Of a stretch of DNA of 64,000 nucleotides, positions 31,510-55,816 are shown piece by piece. The first letter of the stretch is position 1. The number at the start of each line of letters is the position of its first letter. Under the pieces are notes generated by a model. It searched no databases. It saw only the letters and a program-made list of their open reading frames with translations, and was not told the DNA's origin. This stretch comes from Amoebidium appalachense (Eukaryota; Protista; Ichthyosporea), in contig CAVNZM010000002.1 of NCBI GenBank assembly GCA_963693365.1, positions 2,682,259 to 2,746,258 of the forward strand, in the 5' to 3' direction. The position numbers were made by a program, and so were the translations under genes.

Positions 31510-32276
31510 ACCCTCTTCCTCATCTGCGTATACGCGTACATGTCATACTCACACATACACGCACACACCGCCTGCCCAACGCATGGCAGTCGCTCTTTTA
31601 CTTTGTGGTGTGAACATTCATTATTCGCGGTTCAGCATATACAACACAAAGTGACTTTACCATGCCTGCGTCCTGTTCAATCATTCACCTTCGTATGATG
31701 CGAGGCCTAACTTTTCAGGGTTAGGATATTCTGGTGGTTGGCTGCCACCTACGAATGATAAGGAGCATGCATGTTTAAGTCCGCCCAGAAGCCCTTGGGT
31801 GGTCTCGCTTTTGTGCTTTACCCTCCCTTGGGGTTGGGGGGCGGGGGGGGATGGGGAGGGGGAGGGGTGCTATTCGAGTCACTCGAAGCTCTAGACACCA
31901 GGATTGGAAGGGGGGCATGCTGAGAAGGGGACAGGCTGTGCCTCCCGGGGGGAGGGTGGGGGGAAGGGGGAGAGAGAAGGAGGGGAAGAGGGGGTTGGAT
32001 GGAGATGAACTGTCGCTGCTGTGATGGGCCTGCTGTGCTTACGTAAGTGGGTGGTATGTGGTGGTGTGTTGCTTACGTAAGCGGGTGGTATGTGGTGGTG
32101 TGTTGCTTACGTAAGCGGGTGGTATGTGGTGGTGTGTTGCTTACGTAAGTGGGTGGTGTGTGGTGGTGTGTTGCTTACGTAAGTGGGTGGTGTGTGCTTA
32201 CAGAACCATGCCAACAAGCAGAAGCTCAAGAAAGTCGGCCCCCCAACGTACGTCAACCCCCCCCCCCCCTTCCCCC

Positions 32277-32349
<73 letters not shown>

Positions 32350-32859
32350 GCGTGTGAGCGCGTGAGCGTCCTCATTTCGCTGCCCTTTGGTCTAACCCTC
32401 GTCTCCATAACTAGTTCAACGGCCCTACACTATTCATGCCGCACGGGAGGCCCCGGCGGGGGGGGGGGGGGGGACAGGCTACACCTGAACGAAAGTTGAT
32501 CGAGAGAACGAGGAAGATCATTCCGAAGATGGCTGTTGAAATCGGATTTCTAATTGGTTTAGGATGTGCACACACACACGCATCAACATGGACATAGGTG
32601 TATACATATTAAGACAACTATTTCTTCGACTCTCATATATACACCTTGCATGCATACATCTACATACACTTACACTCACACTTGCATGTACACGTACACA
32701 CGCAGGCAAAATCGTGCCAAGCGCAAGCGGGAGATAGTTCTTGAAGCCGAGGCAGACCCTCTTGTTGCTGCTCTGCGCAAAAGATTCAAGTCCGTGCTCA
32801 ACAGCCCCCCCGTGGCCTCCCCGGAACGCACGAGAACCGACGATTCGTTCGATTGGTAG
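24256..32859 (+). CDS. Proline-rich protein with two WH2 actin-binding motifs and C-terminal C/A region (WASP-family-like nucleation-promoting factor), about 507 aa, 13 exons
   Basis: Phase-consistent exons: 24256-24258, 24803-24895, 25449-25547, 26539-26677, 27309-27358, 27797-28132, 28983-29039, 29352-29404, 29613-29734, 30821-31149, 31417-31461, 32204-32247, 32706-32859. WH2-1 ARKALLGSIRGHSGPQGLKPV; codon-mixed polyproline; WH2-2 SRSNLLQEIQNHANKQKLKKV; helix PLVAALRKRFKSV; C-terminus DDSFDW*. Start exon is tentative. Confidence 0.8.
26351..26485 (+). mobile_element. Copy of the dispersed element in the opposite orientation (intron of the + strand WH2 gene)
   Basis: CCTGAGGATGGGCTCTGCTTAT...CATCGTGT...TGTGTACTTCGTACT...CGCATTCA followed by a C tract is the reverse complement of 2011-2117. 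Confidence 0.75.
29962..30440. mobile_element. MITE (Tc1/mariner-type TA duplication), 479 bp
   Basis: 29-bp terminal inverted repeats TGGTGCCGGTC(G/A)TCGTAGATTGACCCCTC with one mismatch; TA at 29960-29961 and 30441-30442; no coding capacity; inside an intron of the WH2 gene. Confidence 0.88.
32037..32203. repeat. 34-bp tandem repeat, 4 full copies plus a partial, ending at a 3' splice site
   Basis: GCTTACGTAAG(T/C)GGGTGGT(A/G)TGTGGTGGTGTGTT units start at 32037, 32071, 32105, 32139 and 32173. Confidence 0.9.
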
Positions 32860-34360
32860 TGAAACAAAAGGGGTATGGGTCCTTGGTTTTTACCGAATTT
32901 TCTTTTCCGTAGGGGATGAAAGGTGGAGGGGATGTGTTTACATGGTGGTAGAGCTACTGTGTTCATGGAAAAACGAACATACCGTCTGTGTGGAGAGGAT
33001 GGGCGCAGAAGCGTGTATGTGTTGTTGGGCCCCAGAAGACGAGGAGGGATCGAGGGAGCTCGTCTCGGTCCATATCGATATGGTGTACTTTGGTTTCTGG
33101 AAGGGTGGGTCGTTACTTTTGGTTTTTTTAAAATTCCTTTTTCTTTCTTTTTCTTTTTCGTTTCCTTTCTCTTCCGGACCTCTCTTCCTTCATGCTTTCT
33201 TTCCCTTTGTCCGTCTCCCTCCCTCCATTTTCGTAGGATCAGAGCAACTTATTGACTCTGCCGGACGGGGTGTGTTTCGGAGTTTAAGTTATTCGGGCTA
33301 GATTTTCAAGATTTGCAAATACTACGAATATTTCTTTCGGTTTGGTGGGTGTTTTCACGCATTGCATGGAAGACGCTGCTTGCTTTTGTTATCGGAACTA
33401 TAAATGTGAATTCGGCTGAAATGCATGAAATGTGTATACGGGATTGTCAAATTATTTATTCTTGTTTTTTTTTTTCTTTCTGCTTCTTTTTTTTTCATTT
33501 CACAACGCCTCCAAGCCGGCTTTCAATGACAATGTCACATTCATTGGGCAAATAAATCATAGTCAATGGGCAAATAAGTCAAATATGATGCAATATGATG
33601 CATAATGAGTGGGGTGTGACTGTGTTGCATCCCCACGATCCTCTGATGAGCCCACATGGTCCGTTAGGTGTGTCATGCCTCATACAATACGAATCGATGT
33701 TTAACACCGTACACTACCATATACGCGTATCCCCCACCCCCCCCACCCCGCACGCACACAAAAAAAAAAATAAGAAAGAAAAGAAAACCACCACCACCAC
33801 CACCATATGCCTGCACCACACACACCTACGCCCGCAGCTGACACGCACATAAACACCTCTGCCCATCCCAACAGTCATCAAAACACAATTGTATTTCCAG
33901 CCCCGTCTATCAGGGTAACTACAGCACGTGCACAGTAAAATGGTTTTTTCACATGTTGACCTTGAAGCCGCCGGTCAATATCGGGGCTGCTTTGTGATTG
34001 TTTTTATTTTCGATACTTGCACCCTATACACGCTTTCGACTTTTACACCGAACAACTTCAACATTTGAATTCGGTATGGTTCAAGTTCAGCTGTCATGCA
34101 CACTCGCTCCCTTACGAAATACTGTAAGTCGTGCAAGAGTTATGACGTGTGCAGTCCAAATGCAAATTGAGCCTATTTTAAATATGAAACCGTATCAAAA
34201 TACCATATTCTTCCAAGTCTGAGTTGTGCCAAATAACTGTACATGTCGTCCTGAAGCACATCATGTGCCATAGGAACCAAGACCATGACCAGGGGGTCGA
34301 CCTTCAAACCTTTTTGCCAACTACCTAGACCCCCTCCCCCTCCCCCCCGTCCTCTCTCTC

Positions 34361-34458
<98 letters not shown>

Positions 34459-34885
34459 ACAAAAAAAAAAAAAAAAAAAAGCAATAACAACAACCCACCA
34501 ACCCACCACCACCACGAAAAAAAAAAATCTAAAGAAAAAAAAACAACACGAACAGATGAAAACGATCTCGGAATCCCCGGCGCCACCAAACATAGCATTC
34601 GAAACTTACAGGGCCAGTAGCATAATCATTGATCAGCCATTGATAAAATGTGGTGTACATACAATTTGCCACCATTCATAATTGCGATGTATGCCATAGC
34701 GTATGATGTTTGTTTATGTCGACATTTGTCACGGGATGTTACGGGGTGGCCTTTTTGTGATGTTTATGTCGACATTTGTACACGTAGATGTCGTCATTCG
34801 GTATGTCGTATGCCACTGCTTAGTCATTTATACGGTATGTGCAAGTAGTCATTTGAAATGTATATGCCGCCTATGTCGTCACACC

Positions 34886-42016
<7,131 letters not shown>

Positions 42017-42568
42017 GTTCTCTTGGCAACTCACTATCCGATTGAGTGACAGAAGAGGTTCAACTGCTTGACAAACTCTCAATACAATAAAACTTTTTAC
42101 GTTCGGTTTCAAGACTACCTGTGCGATCTTTTCATCGCTCAAGAAAGCACCACTCAGCCTCCGCTATATTTCACTTCCCAAAACGATCCGTTTAGAGAGT
42201 GAGTCCAGGACATGAAAGCTGAGTTTGGCTCCACTACTACACCACGACTGGAAAAACTTTAAGGATCCATACATAACCTACACACCAACCTGACTGTACG
42301 TGTTTGGCAAAGCTTGGCTTTCATTTCACACGGTGACCCATCTTTTGTTTCAGTCGGCTCAGCAGTGAGTCAGCGCCTTGCACCGAGGAGAGCGGAGGGA
42401 ATTTTTGGCGCCAGAAGCTTATCGCTCTGCATCGATTGGTTGGGAGCTCTGCAGCTAAAAATAGCACAGGCTCTGCAATGCGCACACGGCTTCAGAAGGC
42501 AGAAGCCTTCACGTTTCTGCAAGAAGCAGCATCATGAAAGGGGACCGTTTTGTGTCATAAGGGCAGAG

Positions 42569-44500
42569 ATGGAAGAACGGCCTTTGAAAAGGGTTAGGAC
42601 AACGAAGCGCGTGGAAAAATGGGCCGTACATCCACCCCTTCCACCACAACCACACCAAGGGCACGAATTTCTCAATAGCGATGGGTTTGTTTTTAGATGC
42701 ACACGTTCTGGTTGTCCAGAAAAATTTGACACGGGCAAACTTCTCTCTGATCATATTATAGATTTTCATGGTTTTCCTTCGTCAGAGCCACAGACACACA
42801 CACCCATAACCGACCCTCGCTGGGTTATCACCGAGCCATTGGGTGAAAAGGAACTCGAAAGCTCCGATGATGACAGTCCTCCAGTTGAGATAGGTGGTGA
42901 CACCACGGAAGAAGTTTCAATTCCCACTAATCCGGGTGGTTTTCTTATTACATCCGTTGCTCCCCCTACGGTACACTGTGACAATGCACTTACAAAGAGC
43001 CTCAAGAAGGAACCTCTTGACGTGTGTGTGTGCACCCCCCAAGCAACACGAACTTCCCGGAGAACTCTCGAACGCATCAGGGCGAGAGAAACTGAGCGTC
43101 CAGACACGCCCATGACCGACTTGAAACGCGGATTTTCGCCCATTTCTCAAGCTCACTTTGACCCTATAGCAACACCACAATTAGAATCCGACAGTGGGGG
43201 GGAGCCATGTCAGACACAGGAGGAAACAGGTGCGGCGCGTTTAAGTTTTTGCGAACCCCCAGCGGCCGAAAACCCCCCGTCTTCGGATGATGAAGGCCCA
43301 ACCAAACGTTGGTTTAGCCGCTTAGAAACCTCGAACAACGATAAGGAGACACAAGCACCGGTGCAAACGAAAAAATTTTCGTGTCCCCGTTGTGCTACCA
43401 AATTACAGTCCGTCTTTGCGCTTGATGATCACCTAGCAACCCGGCACAAATTTCCAGCGAGTTTTTCTTGCCCGCAGCGTCAGTGTAGCGCTGCCTTTTG
43501 CTGTTACCAAGCTCTTGAGTTACACTTGGACACGAAACATAAATCCACTGCGTTTCTTTACGCACGAAAATCTAGGCCAAATTCCGAAAATGAGCACGAG
43601 AATGAACACGAATGCTCATGCACCGGCGAGAATCCTCACCAGAGTAGTTCGACCACCACGAGGACAGCATCGGGCGTCTCCCCTCCAAGCACTACGTATA
43701 GGTGCGCTTGGAAGGGGTGCACACGTCATTTTTGGTCTGAACAGAGTCTGTTTACGCACCTGCAAACAGCGCACTGTGACACGGCTCCGTGGGTGATACC
43801 TGCAGAACATGAGATTAGGAAGAGGGAGGAGGAGAATCCTTACATTCGAGCAAGTAAATATAGTTTAAGAAACGCCGAATTAGGAGCTTCGGGCATGCTA
43901 TCGTCACTGAATACGCGAGTATGTTGGACGAATGGGTTGCCGGGTTCTGGGAGGAGGAAGAGGGCAACACGTTCCAGCGGTGTGGCGTCCTTGCCTTCTC
44001 TGTTTTGCAGCGAAACACAGACGGCGATTATTTGCGCGTACCAGGAACATGGGTGCCTCAAGTACCACTTTTCTCATAGTGAGGCCCGACGCCATGGGTC
44101 GAGCTGTCCGTATCGTCCTGGTGGTGAAGCGCGCGATAGCAACGATTTTACGGGTGAAGAGGAAAGCAACAATGAATGCATCGATACGGTTTCAGGATCG
44201 GGGAGTGATGTTAGTGCGCAAGATGAGGATTCGGAGGAGGAGGAGGAGGAAGCGATGGAAGGGAGGCGAGGGAAGAGGCCGAGACAAAAGAATTTTTGTT
44301 GCCCTGTTCGTTGGTGTGGTCGGGTATTCAAGACGCAAGGTTGGTTGACGAGACATATGCAAGATGAACACCTGGGAAAGTGCAGAAAACGACCCAGGAA
44401 ACGGCGCTCGGAAAGGGGAAGTAGCACGGTGAGAACGAGACGGTCGTATGGTCGGGACGAGGGAGAGAGCTGGGGTGGGAGTGGGTCTGCTTCGGACTGA
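42569..44500 (+). CDS. Intronless multi-C2H2 zinc-finger protein (5 dispersed C2H2 fingers plus one TRAF-like CCHC finger)
   Basis: Long ORF 42314-44500; first in-frame ATG at 42569 (MEERPLKRVR). Fingers: CTRSGC..HIIDFH, CPRC..HLATRH, CPQRQC..HLDTKH, CAWKGC..HLQTAH, CPVRWC..HMQDEH. Also CAYQEHGC..H..CPY. Basic NLS-like ends. Confidence 0.88.
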   Translation: MEERPLKRVRTTKRVEKWAVHPPLPPQPHQGHEFLNSDGFVFRCTRSGCPEKFDTGKLLSDHIIDFHGFPSSEPQTHTPITDPRWVITEPLGEKELESSDDDSPPVEIGGDTTEEVSIPTNPGGFLITSVAPPTVHCDNALTKSLKKEPLDVCVCTPQATRTSRRTLERIRARETERPDTPMTDLKRGFSPISQAHFDPIATPQLESDSGGEPCQTQEETGAARLSFCEPPAAENPPSSDDEGPTKRWFSRLETSNNDKETQAPVQTKKFSCPRCATKLQSVFALDDHLATRHKFPASFSCPQRQCSAAFCCYQALELHLDTKHKSTAFLYARKSRPNSENEHENEHECSCTGENPHQSSSTTTRTASGVSPPSTTYRCAWKGCTRHFWSEQSLFTHLQTAHCDTAPWVIPAEHEIRKREEENPYIRASKYSLRNAELGASGMLSSLNTRVCWTNGLPGSGRRKRATRSSGVASLPSLFCSETQTAIICAYQEHGCLKYHFSHSEARRHGSSCPYRPGGEARDSNDFTGEEESNNECIDTVSGSGSDVSAQDEDSEEEEEEAMEGRRGKRPRQKNFCCPVRWCGRVFKTQGWLTRHMQDEHLGKCRKRPRKRRSERGSSTVRTRRSYGRDEGESWGGSGSASD

Positions 44501-44540
44501 GAGTGGGTGGGGCTGGTGCTCGTTTCTTGGCCGTTTTTTT

Positions 44541-44612
<72 letters not shown>

Positions 44613-46170
44613 AGTGCAAGGTTAGACTGTAGTAACATATCTTCTGGATAGGTGATGAAAGGAAGAATTATCACTTTGTGCTTGTAGGTTACGAATGCGC
44701 GCGTGTAGTACCAAACAAGTATTGTACCGTAGCATTTGTACGTCTTGCCTTCCCCCCCCCCCCCCCCCCCACCCACCCACCCACCACCACCACCACTGTC
44801 CTCACCACGACAACCACCACCACCACGACAACCACCACCACCACCATTACGCTCTCAACTATCGTTTTTATCTGATACCATAGTCTCGCTATGCTTCGTG
44901 TTTGTTTCCTACTTTGCCCGACATACGCTATCCCCATGCCATGTGTAATCACAAAAATGCGATAACTTTTGGTAGTGATTAGGTGTCCGGTAATGTATTT
45001 TAGTCTCAGTATCAGGCTGTGAACGCTTAAGTGTAGTTGTATGTATAATGCATATGTATCGAGTGTCTGGTTGATCGTTCTGACGTGTAAGCCCCATCAC
45101 GACCATCTTTGCTGTTCAAGATGGCCGTGGGCTCCATTGAAACGTGCTACATGTTGGTGCCTCTCCTTCTTTCCGGACAACTATGGCAGTTTCGTTTTGC
45201 GAAATTATAACATATGTATATAAATATTGAACGTGTGTTTACCAGGTTTACCCCCCCCCCCCCCCCCTCCCCACCCCCCCACCCCCCCACCCACCCCCCC
45301 CCCTCCCCCCCCCCCCAGGGCTCCCGGAGAGGGCCTTTGATCCCCAAGCAGACTTGAACAGGCTCGGTCCGCCACCCTCTTCTATCGTGACAACCTCACC
45401 CTCTCCCCCAAATCCCCTCTCATAGATTCGTGCAACTTCTTCGCCTCTCTCTCTCCCCCCCCCCCCCCCCCCAACCCCCAACCCCCCACCCACCCACCCA
45501 CCCACCCTCCCCTTCCTCTTTCTCTCCCGTGCGTAAATGCTTACTTTAAGAATAACTTAGTATGCTCGTCTATGTTTTTGTAGGTTTTCTGAAGTGCGCA
45601 CGCATATACGTGTGCTTTCCATTGCACGTGCAGATAAACTTTTTGTGTGTGTGTGTGCACCCTGTTTGTGCTCCTTCCAAATCAATATTGGTTTTTTCCG
45701 TTGATTTTTGCAGTATGTTCAACAGTTGTGTATTGTGTAGTATCGCTCCGTGCATTATTTAAATTAGCAAGTAATATTGCCTCATAACATGATGCATACA
45801 ATCTAAGTAACTGGGATATCCATAAACGCAAATGGAAATGGGGAATCCTTCGTGCACGCGGACATCTAAGTTATAATTTTATTTATTGGCCCATATCCAC
45901 CCATTATCATGTACATGAACGGTTACCTCTTCTAATATATTGGGTTGCCACACCAGCATTCCTGTCCTAAAACCTAGGGCCGACCGTAAAACCCGAAACA
46001 CCACACACACACACACACAAAACAGAATCAAACAAATACTTCACAACCGGCACTACCCAATCACAATATATGGTGTGTAAAATAGCTTTATTTCATTGGT
46101 CACCATCCGCCCGCACTTCAATGCTTTCTGCCCGTGAAGAACAATCAAGCCCCTCCCCGCTTCCGCAAAT

Positions 46171-49769
<3,599 letters not shown>

Positions 49770-50099
49770 CGTTTCTGAACTCCGCTAATGCCTGCGTTAC
49801 ATTTTCTGAAAGATAAAAACCGAAAAACCCGCATCAGTACTAGTTGGTGATGTGAAGCGATAAAGAACACATGCGCACACTCAGCCAAGGGATCCCCATA
49901 TGAGAACAGAAGTTTCACGAAAACCAGGTCCCCTGCACGATATGTTATGCCGCTTTGCTCTTTGCACAAGTAGGACCAATAAACCTCCAACCGTAGTCAA
50001 GAGAGATTGTCGGTTTCGTTTTCATTCAGCCCTCTCACAGGTTACAAGTGGCATTAATAAAATGAATACTTGTGTGTGCATGTCGCACGACCACTTACA

Positions 50100-50320
<221 letters not shown>

Positions 50321-50488
50321 GTGAACGTGATACAGAGACACAGGCACAGATACACGCACACACACACGCACAGGCACACGCACACACACAGGCACGGACA
50401 CATACACACACGCACACACGCACACGCACAAGCACACGCACATGCACATGCACGCACAGACACACACACACACGCACACGCACACAAG

Positions 50489-50565
<77 letters not shown>

Positions 50566-50631
50566 ACCGTAGCCGTGAGACAACACGCATAATGAATGTT
50601 GTCTGATGCCCCGATCGAAATAAAATCCGTT

Positions 50632-50662
<31 letters not shown>

Positions 50663-52022
50663 CACACCACTGGTTGCTCGGATCTCACTTACCCTACTGC
50701 AGCCACACTCCAGCACACACACTTCCTGGCTATCACAAACATGGATGCATGAACACACTTGTATGCACAAGGTTGTAATATCGATCGGTACGCAAAAAAT
50801 AGTCGCCCATTCAAGCCGATAAACACAAACAATTACAGAACGAGCACAAAAACACGAGGGTGGGGAAGGTAGTTGGTGGGGGAGGGGAGAGGGGAAGGGG
50901 GGGGGGGAGGGGGGGGGAGGGGGGAGAATGACTCAAGGGGGGAGGCGCCGTCCAAATACGCACCTCTGTGAACCCACATCTTCCATCAGGAGATCTCTCC
51001 TTATCGTTGGTCAACCGGTCCCTATGTAATTCGTTTTTTTTTTTTTTGTGTGTTTTTTTTTGCGGGGTGGTTTCACATTCTCATCGTTAATAGGAAAAAC
51101 TCACGCACACTAGCTCTAATATGTACAAAAAAATGGGTAGGGGGGGCCCCTGGCAGCGCTGTGAATCAACTTGAAACTGGAGCTGTCAAGAGAGCTGTCA
51201 ACGGAAGTCAACAACACGTCACAGTAGTACGTGTGTGGGTTCACTGATGGTGCAATTTGAACCAATTAGATTTGTGGTCCTACACACCCTAAACCTCTAG
51301 ATAGTCAATTTGATTTTTTGGAAAATCTGCTTTTATTGCGTTTGGCCAAAATTGCGCTTGTCCAGATATATCATGTCTAGGCATGAGTATGGGGAGATGC
51401 AAGGGGTAGAACGTCCAGCAGTAGCACATGTAGACCTCTAATATTCATATAGACAACGTACATAGCCTATCGGAAAGAAACTCAATTAATACAGTGCAAC
51501 GTGGCACGTGTGAGATCACGTGCATGTCCACGAAAAACAGCCAGGGTAGGCTATAGCTATATATTAGAGTGTGGCAAGTGGACATATGTACGTACGAATT
51601 TTCAAAGTGCATTTAGCTAATAAAGCTGTCAGCACGGTACCCGGTTGACCATATGCATGTACAAGAGACGGTATCTAATTATGTTTATATCAGCCGGCCG
51701 CCCGCAGTACCGCAGGCGCAGCTGCCTGCAATCGTTGCCAGTACTTCAACCAAAGTTTGGAGTTGACCGTCATAGCAGCCTCTTCCCCCCCAACACCACC
51801 ACCACACACACACACACACACACACACACACCACGATATATACACACACACACAGTGGCACACACACACACACACACACACCACCCCCGGGAGTTGGGGA
51901 GGCTGCCAGCTCCCGACACCACCACTCAGTCTGCGGTTAACTTGCAGGGTCATGGGTAAAATATACATTCTCAGAGCACTTTCACATATTGCATTGTTCC
52001 TGGGCCCCACACCCAGCAGCCC

Positions 52023-52076
<54 letters not shown>

Positions 52077-52448
52077 GGGGTTACCATTGGCACTAGCTAG
52101 TCAATTAGCAGAGCTGTGTAATTTTTGTGTTCTTGTAGTGGGATTTATTATTATTGGTCACACGGGCCATGCATATGTTGACACCATGATACTTGGGAGT
52201 CCAACAAAGAAACCAGATGTCGAACCATTAGTCACAGAAGTATGGAATACTTATATTTTACCGGTCGGTCGGCTACAACCAACATCGAAAAACACGAAAG
52301 AAAATGCAAGAAACAGAGAATAGAGGCAAAAATAACAGGGAAAAAAAAACACCGAAGGGAGAGAAAGGAAATCCCCACATCTCCAGATGGTGGAATCAAG
52401 GGGGAAACCAGCCCGATTATGATGAGTTTTTGCTTGGCCCGCACGGGC

Positions 52449-52513
<65 letters not shown>

Positions 52514-52978
52514 ATGTATATGTGCATGTGCATGGGTGTACATGTGTATGTGAGCACCTACACGTGTAATTGAATCAGTGCTGCAAGCGCCCCATGCGAG
52601 CATGTACCAGCAACACGATAATTATGCAGAAACCCAAAAAGTCGCAGCCCACGAACCCACCAACCACAGAAACTACAATCGTCATACAGATAACCTTCTT
52701 GGTTATCTCAAAGCAAAGATTCTCAATTCTTTCTTTCTTTCTTACTTTTTTTTTTTGGTTTGTTCTACTTTTTTCTTGCTTTGTATACTGCAGCTTAACA
52801 ACATAGACACTATCAACCATGCAAAGAAAACAAATGAACAAATTCTATCCCGCATCACACAAGCTGCAGTTCCGAAATATCTGGCAGACGAGATATCCAA
52901 AGGAGGAGATACCCGACAAACAGCAAGGTGAAGTAGGGCCACTATGTACAGTTGATGGGAGATGGCGAGTGGATGGCC

Positions 52979-53017
52979 TCAGATGAGGTCCGCAACTGTT
53001 TGGGATGTACACGTTAG

Positions 53018-53056
<39 letters not shown>

Positions 53057-53614
53057 TGGCGGTGCAGGCGTGCGGGACTGGTGAAGGGGATACACAGCGC
53101 AAACACAACCAGAAGAAGCATCCACTTCCTCCCCCACCCACCCCGCTTCTCAACGAAAGGCATTATTTCAACAGAGCACCGTTTCCCATAGACGGAAAGC
53201 ATTACACTCTGCATGCACACTCAAACCCCCCCCCCCCTCCCCCCTCCCCCCTCCCCCCCCTCCCCCCCCCCTCCCCCTCCCCCTCCCCCCCCCCCCACCC
53301 ACCCACACAGCTACCCACCACCACCCCATTCCCATCACACATCCACTTGACCTACCATTCATGGGCATTTCATCAATCTGGGTGCTGTAGTACTGTTCAA
53401 TGTCCCTCAGGGTATGGATGTCCTCGTTGGTCACAAAGTTGATCGCCACACCCTTGCGCCCGAACCGACCAGACCGGCCGATTCTGCAGCGGAGAAATTG
53501 GGCCGTTAGCCGGGGCTATGTTCTAAATGTTAATGGCAACAACAAGTGCGTAATCCCCCCCCCCCCCCCCCCCCCCCTCCCGGGGGCTTCCTTGGTAAGC
53601 ACTTTTCCTGGATA

Positions 53615-53659
<45 letters not shown>

Positions 53660-53734
53660 TTTATTGACCAACAAGGTGCTCGTACGCAGAGCTGAGGCCT
53701 AGGGGTCCCCTGCGTGGCCTTTTTTTTTTTTTTT

Positions 53735-53765
<31 letters not shown>

Positions 53766-53900
53766 GAGGGGGGGAGAAGCCAAAGAAATGACACCCATGT
53801 GTGTATGTGCGTTTGCATGAGCATGTTAATGCTTGCCAGGTCGCTCGTGCCTGCGAGCGTGTATATGCGTGTTTGTGTTTGTGGTGTGTCTGCTCGCCAG

Positions 53901-53937
<37 letters not shown>

Positions 53938-54183
53938 TGCTCCTACTCCGTCGTTTTACGCTCCCGTCCCTAACCTGCACGTGCATGCCCCCTGTGTAAA
54001 CGTGATGAAAACCACAATAGGTGCACAAGGAGTACCCTCTACCATTATAGGGACTAGTAATGCACATGCACGCACCTGTGGATGTAGAGCTCACGGTTGT
54101 TGGGCAGGTCGTAGTTGATGACCAGGGACACCTGCTGCACGTCGATACCACGTGCCCACACGTCCGTGGAGATCAGCACGCGG

Positions 54184-54231
<48 letters not shown>

Positions 54232-54401
54232 AAGTGGATGCAGTGGAGATGGTGATGGTGGCTGGTTGGTTGGTGTACGTGTGTGATATGGAGAGAGAGA
54301 GAAAGGGGGGGAGGAGGGGGGGGGGGGGGGGGATGTTAGAATATGGTACATGTTCGATACTAGCTATTTCGAACACAGGTCAAGGTTTGTGGCTATACCT
54401 C

Positions 54402-54432
<31 letters not shown>

Positions 54433-55768
54433 AACTAAGCGAAACGGTTTCGGCTGCAGGCATTTGTTTGCGCCGTAAATAAATCCAATTAATTAATGCC
54501 CATTCGTTGGTATTAGCGTAACTGTTTGATGCACTCATTCGAGTGCACGCACAAAGCAACCGTGTGTTGCCCTTTGTGTACACGTGTACATGTGCATGTG
54601 TGTACATGTGTGCGCTTGTGCACTTACATGCGTTACTTGTTCACATGTGCGTGTGCGTGAAGGTGCACACGTGTGTGTCCGAGTGTGTGCATGTATGCAT
54701 GTGTGTGTGTGCATGTGCACATCCTTGCGAGCTCATGTCTGTGTGCATGTGCGAACACGTGCACATCCGTCTGTACATGTGTGTCTGTGCATGCGCGCAC
54801 GTGTACATCCGTGTGTTCACACCCGTGCACGTGTACATGTATGTGTGCACGTAATGCATACCTCTGGCCGCTTCGGAACTCGGTCATGATTGCATCACGC
54901 TCCTTCTGCTGCATGTCACCGTGCATGGACGTCACCGTGAAGTTGTTCTCTCGCATCTTCTCCGTCAGCCAGTCCACCTGTGCACACAGTCCTTCAGCAT
55001 CCCATTTGCACCACACAAGCGTTACACGCGTGTTATTTATTGTTGATAACATGGAAACATTCAGAACGGCTAGACACATGAATGCATCCCCCCCCCCCCC
55101 CCCCCCTCACACACACACACACACTTCCCCGTCCTTTCGCTAACTCCCCTTCCCTCCAGCAGACCCCCCCCCCCCCCCCCCCCCCCGTGCATCCCCCTTA
55201 CCTTGCGCTTAGTGTTGCAGAAGATAACAGCCTGTGTGATTGTCAGTGTGTCGTACAGATCACACAGGGTGTCAAATTTCCAATCCTCCTTCTCCACCGC
55301 CACGAAAAACTGCTTGATCCCCTCGAGGGTCAACTCGTCGCGCTTGACAAGAATGCGCACTGGGTCGCTCATGAACTTGTCCGTCATCTCGAGAATGTCG
55401 TGGGGTAGGGTGGCGGAGAACAGGCACACCTGGGTTGCGGGGGGGAGGTAGCGGTAGACGTCGTATATCTGCTCCTTGAACCTGTGCAGAGGAGAACAAA
55501 TGTAAGGTGGTGGACACGTGAACGGGTTGAATAGATGTAGGCACAAACAGGGATGACTTATGGTAGGTGTGGGAGGTAGGATTGACACAAGACTAAGCCT
55601 GTTCCTCCACATGTACATTCGTCCGTGTGTGCACACAGAAGCATGCATGCACACAATCCATACTACCTGGAACACGTGTGCACACACGGGTACCACCTGC
55701 ATCCACGCCCACATGCACAGGCACAAAAGCACACAACATCACAACACACACACAGCTGCTTACATGTT

Positions 55769-55816
<48 letters not shown>

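Noticed and set aside
32037-32203. CRISPR-like periodicity (also at 13082-13220 and 7495-7845)
   Set aside because: Head-to-tail units with no unique spacers, eukaryotic context and no cas genes.
42119-42165. Alternative HAUS1 first exon (SDEKIAQ|V)
   Set aside because: No in-frame ATG before an upstream TAG; exon 42016-41975 supplies both ATG and a phase-0 donor.
51008-51651. Possible MITE bounded by TGGTCAACCGG / CCGGTTGACCA
   Set aside because: Only an 11-bp inverted match and no clear TSD.
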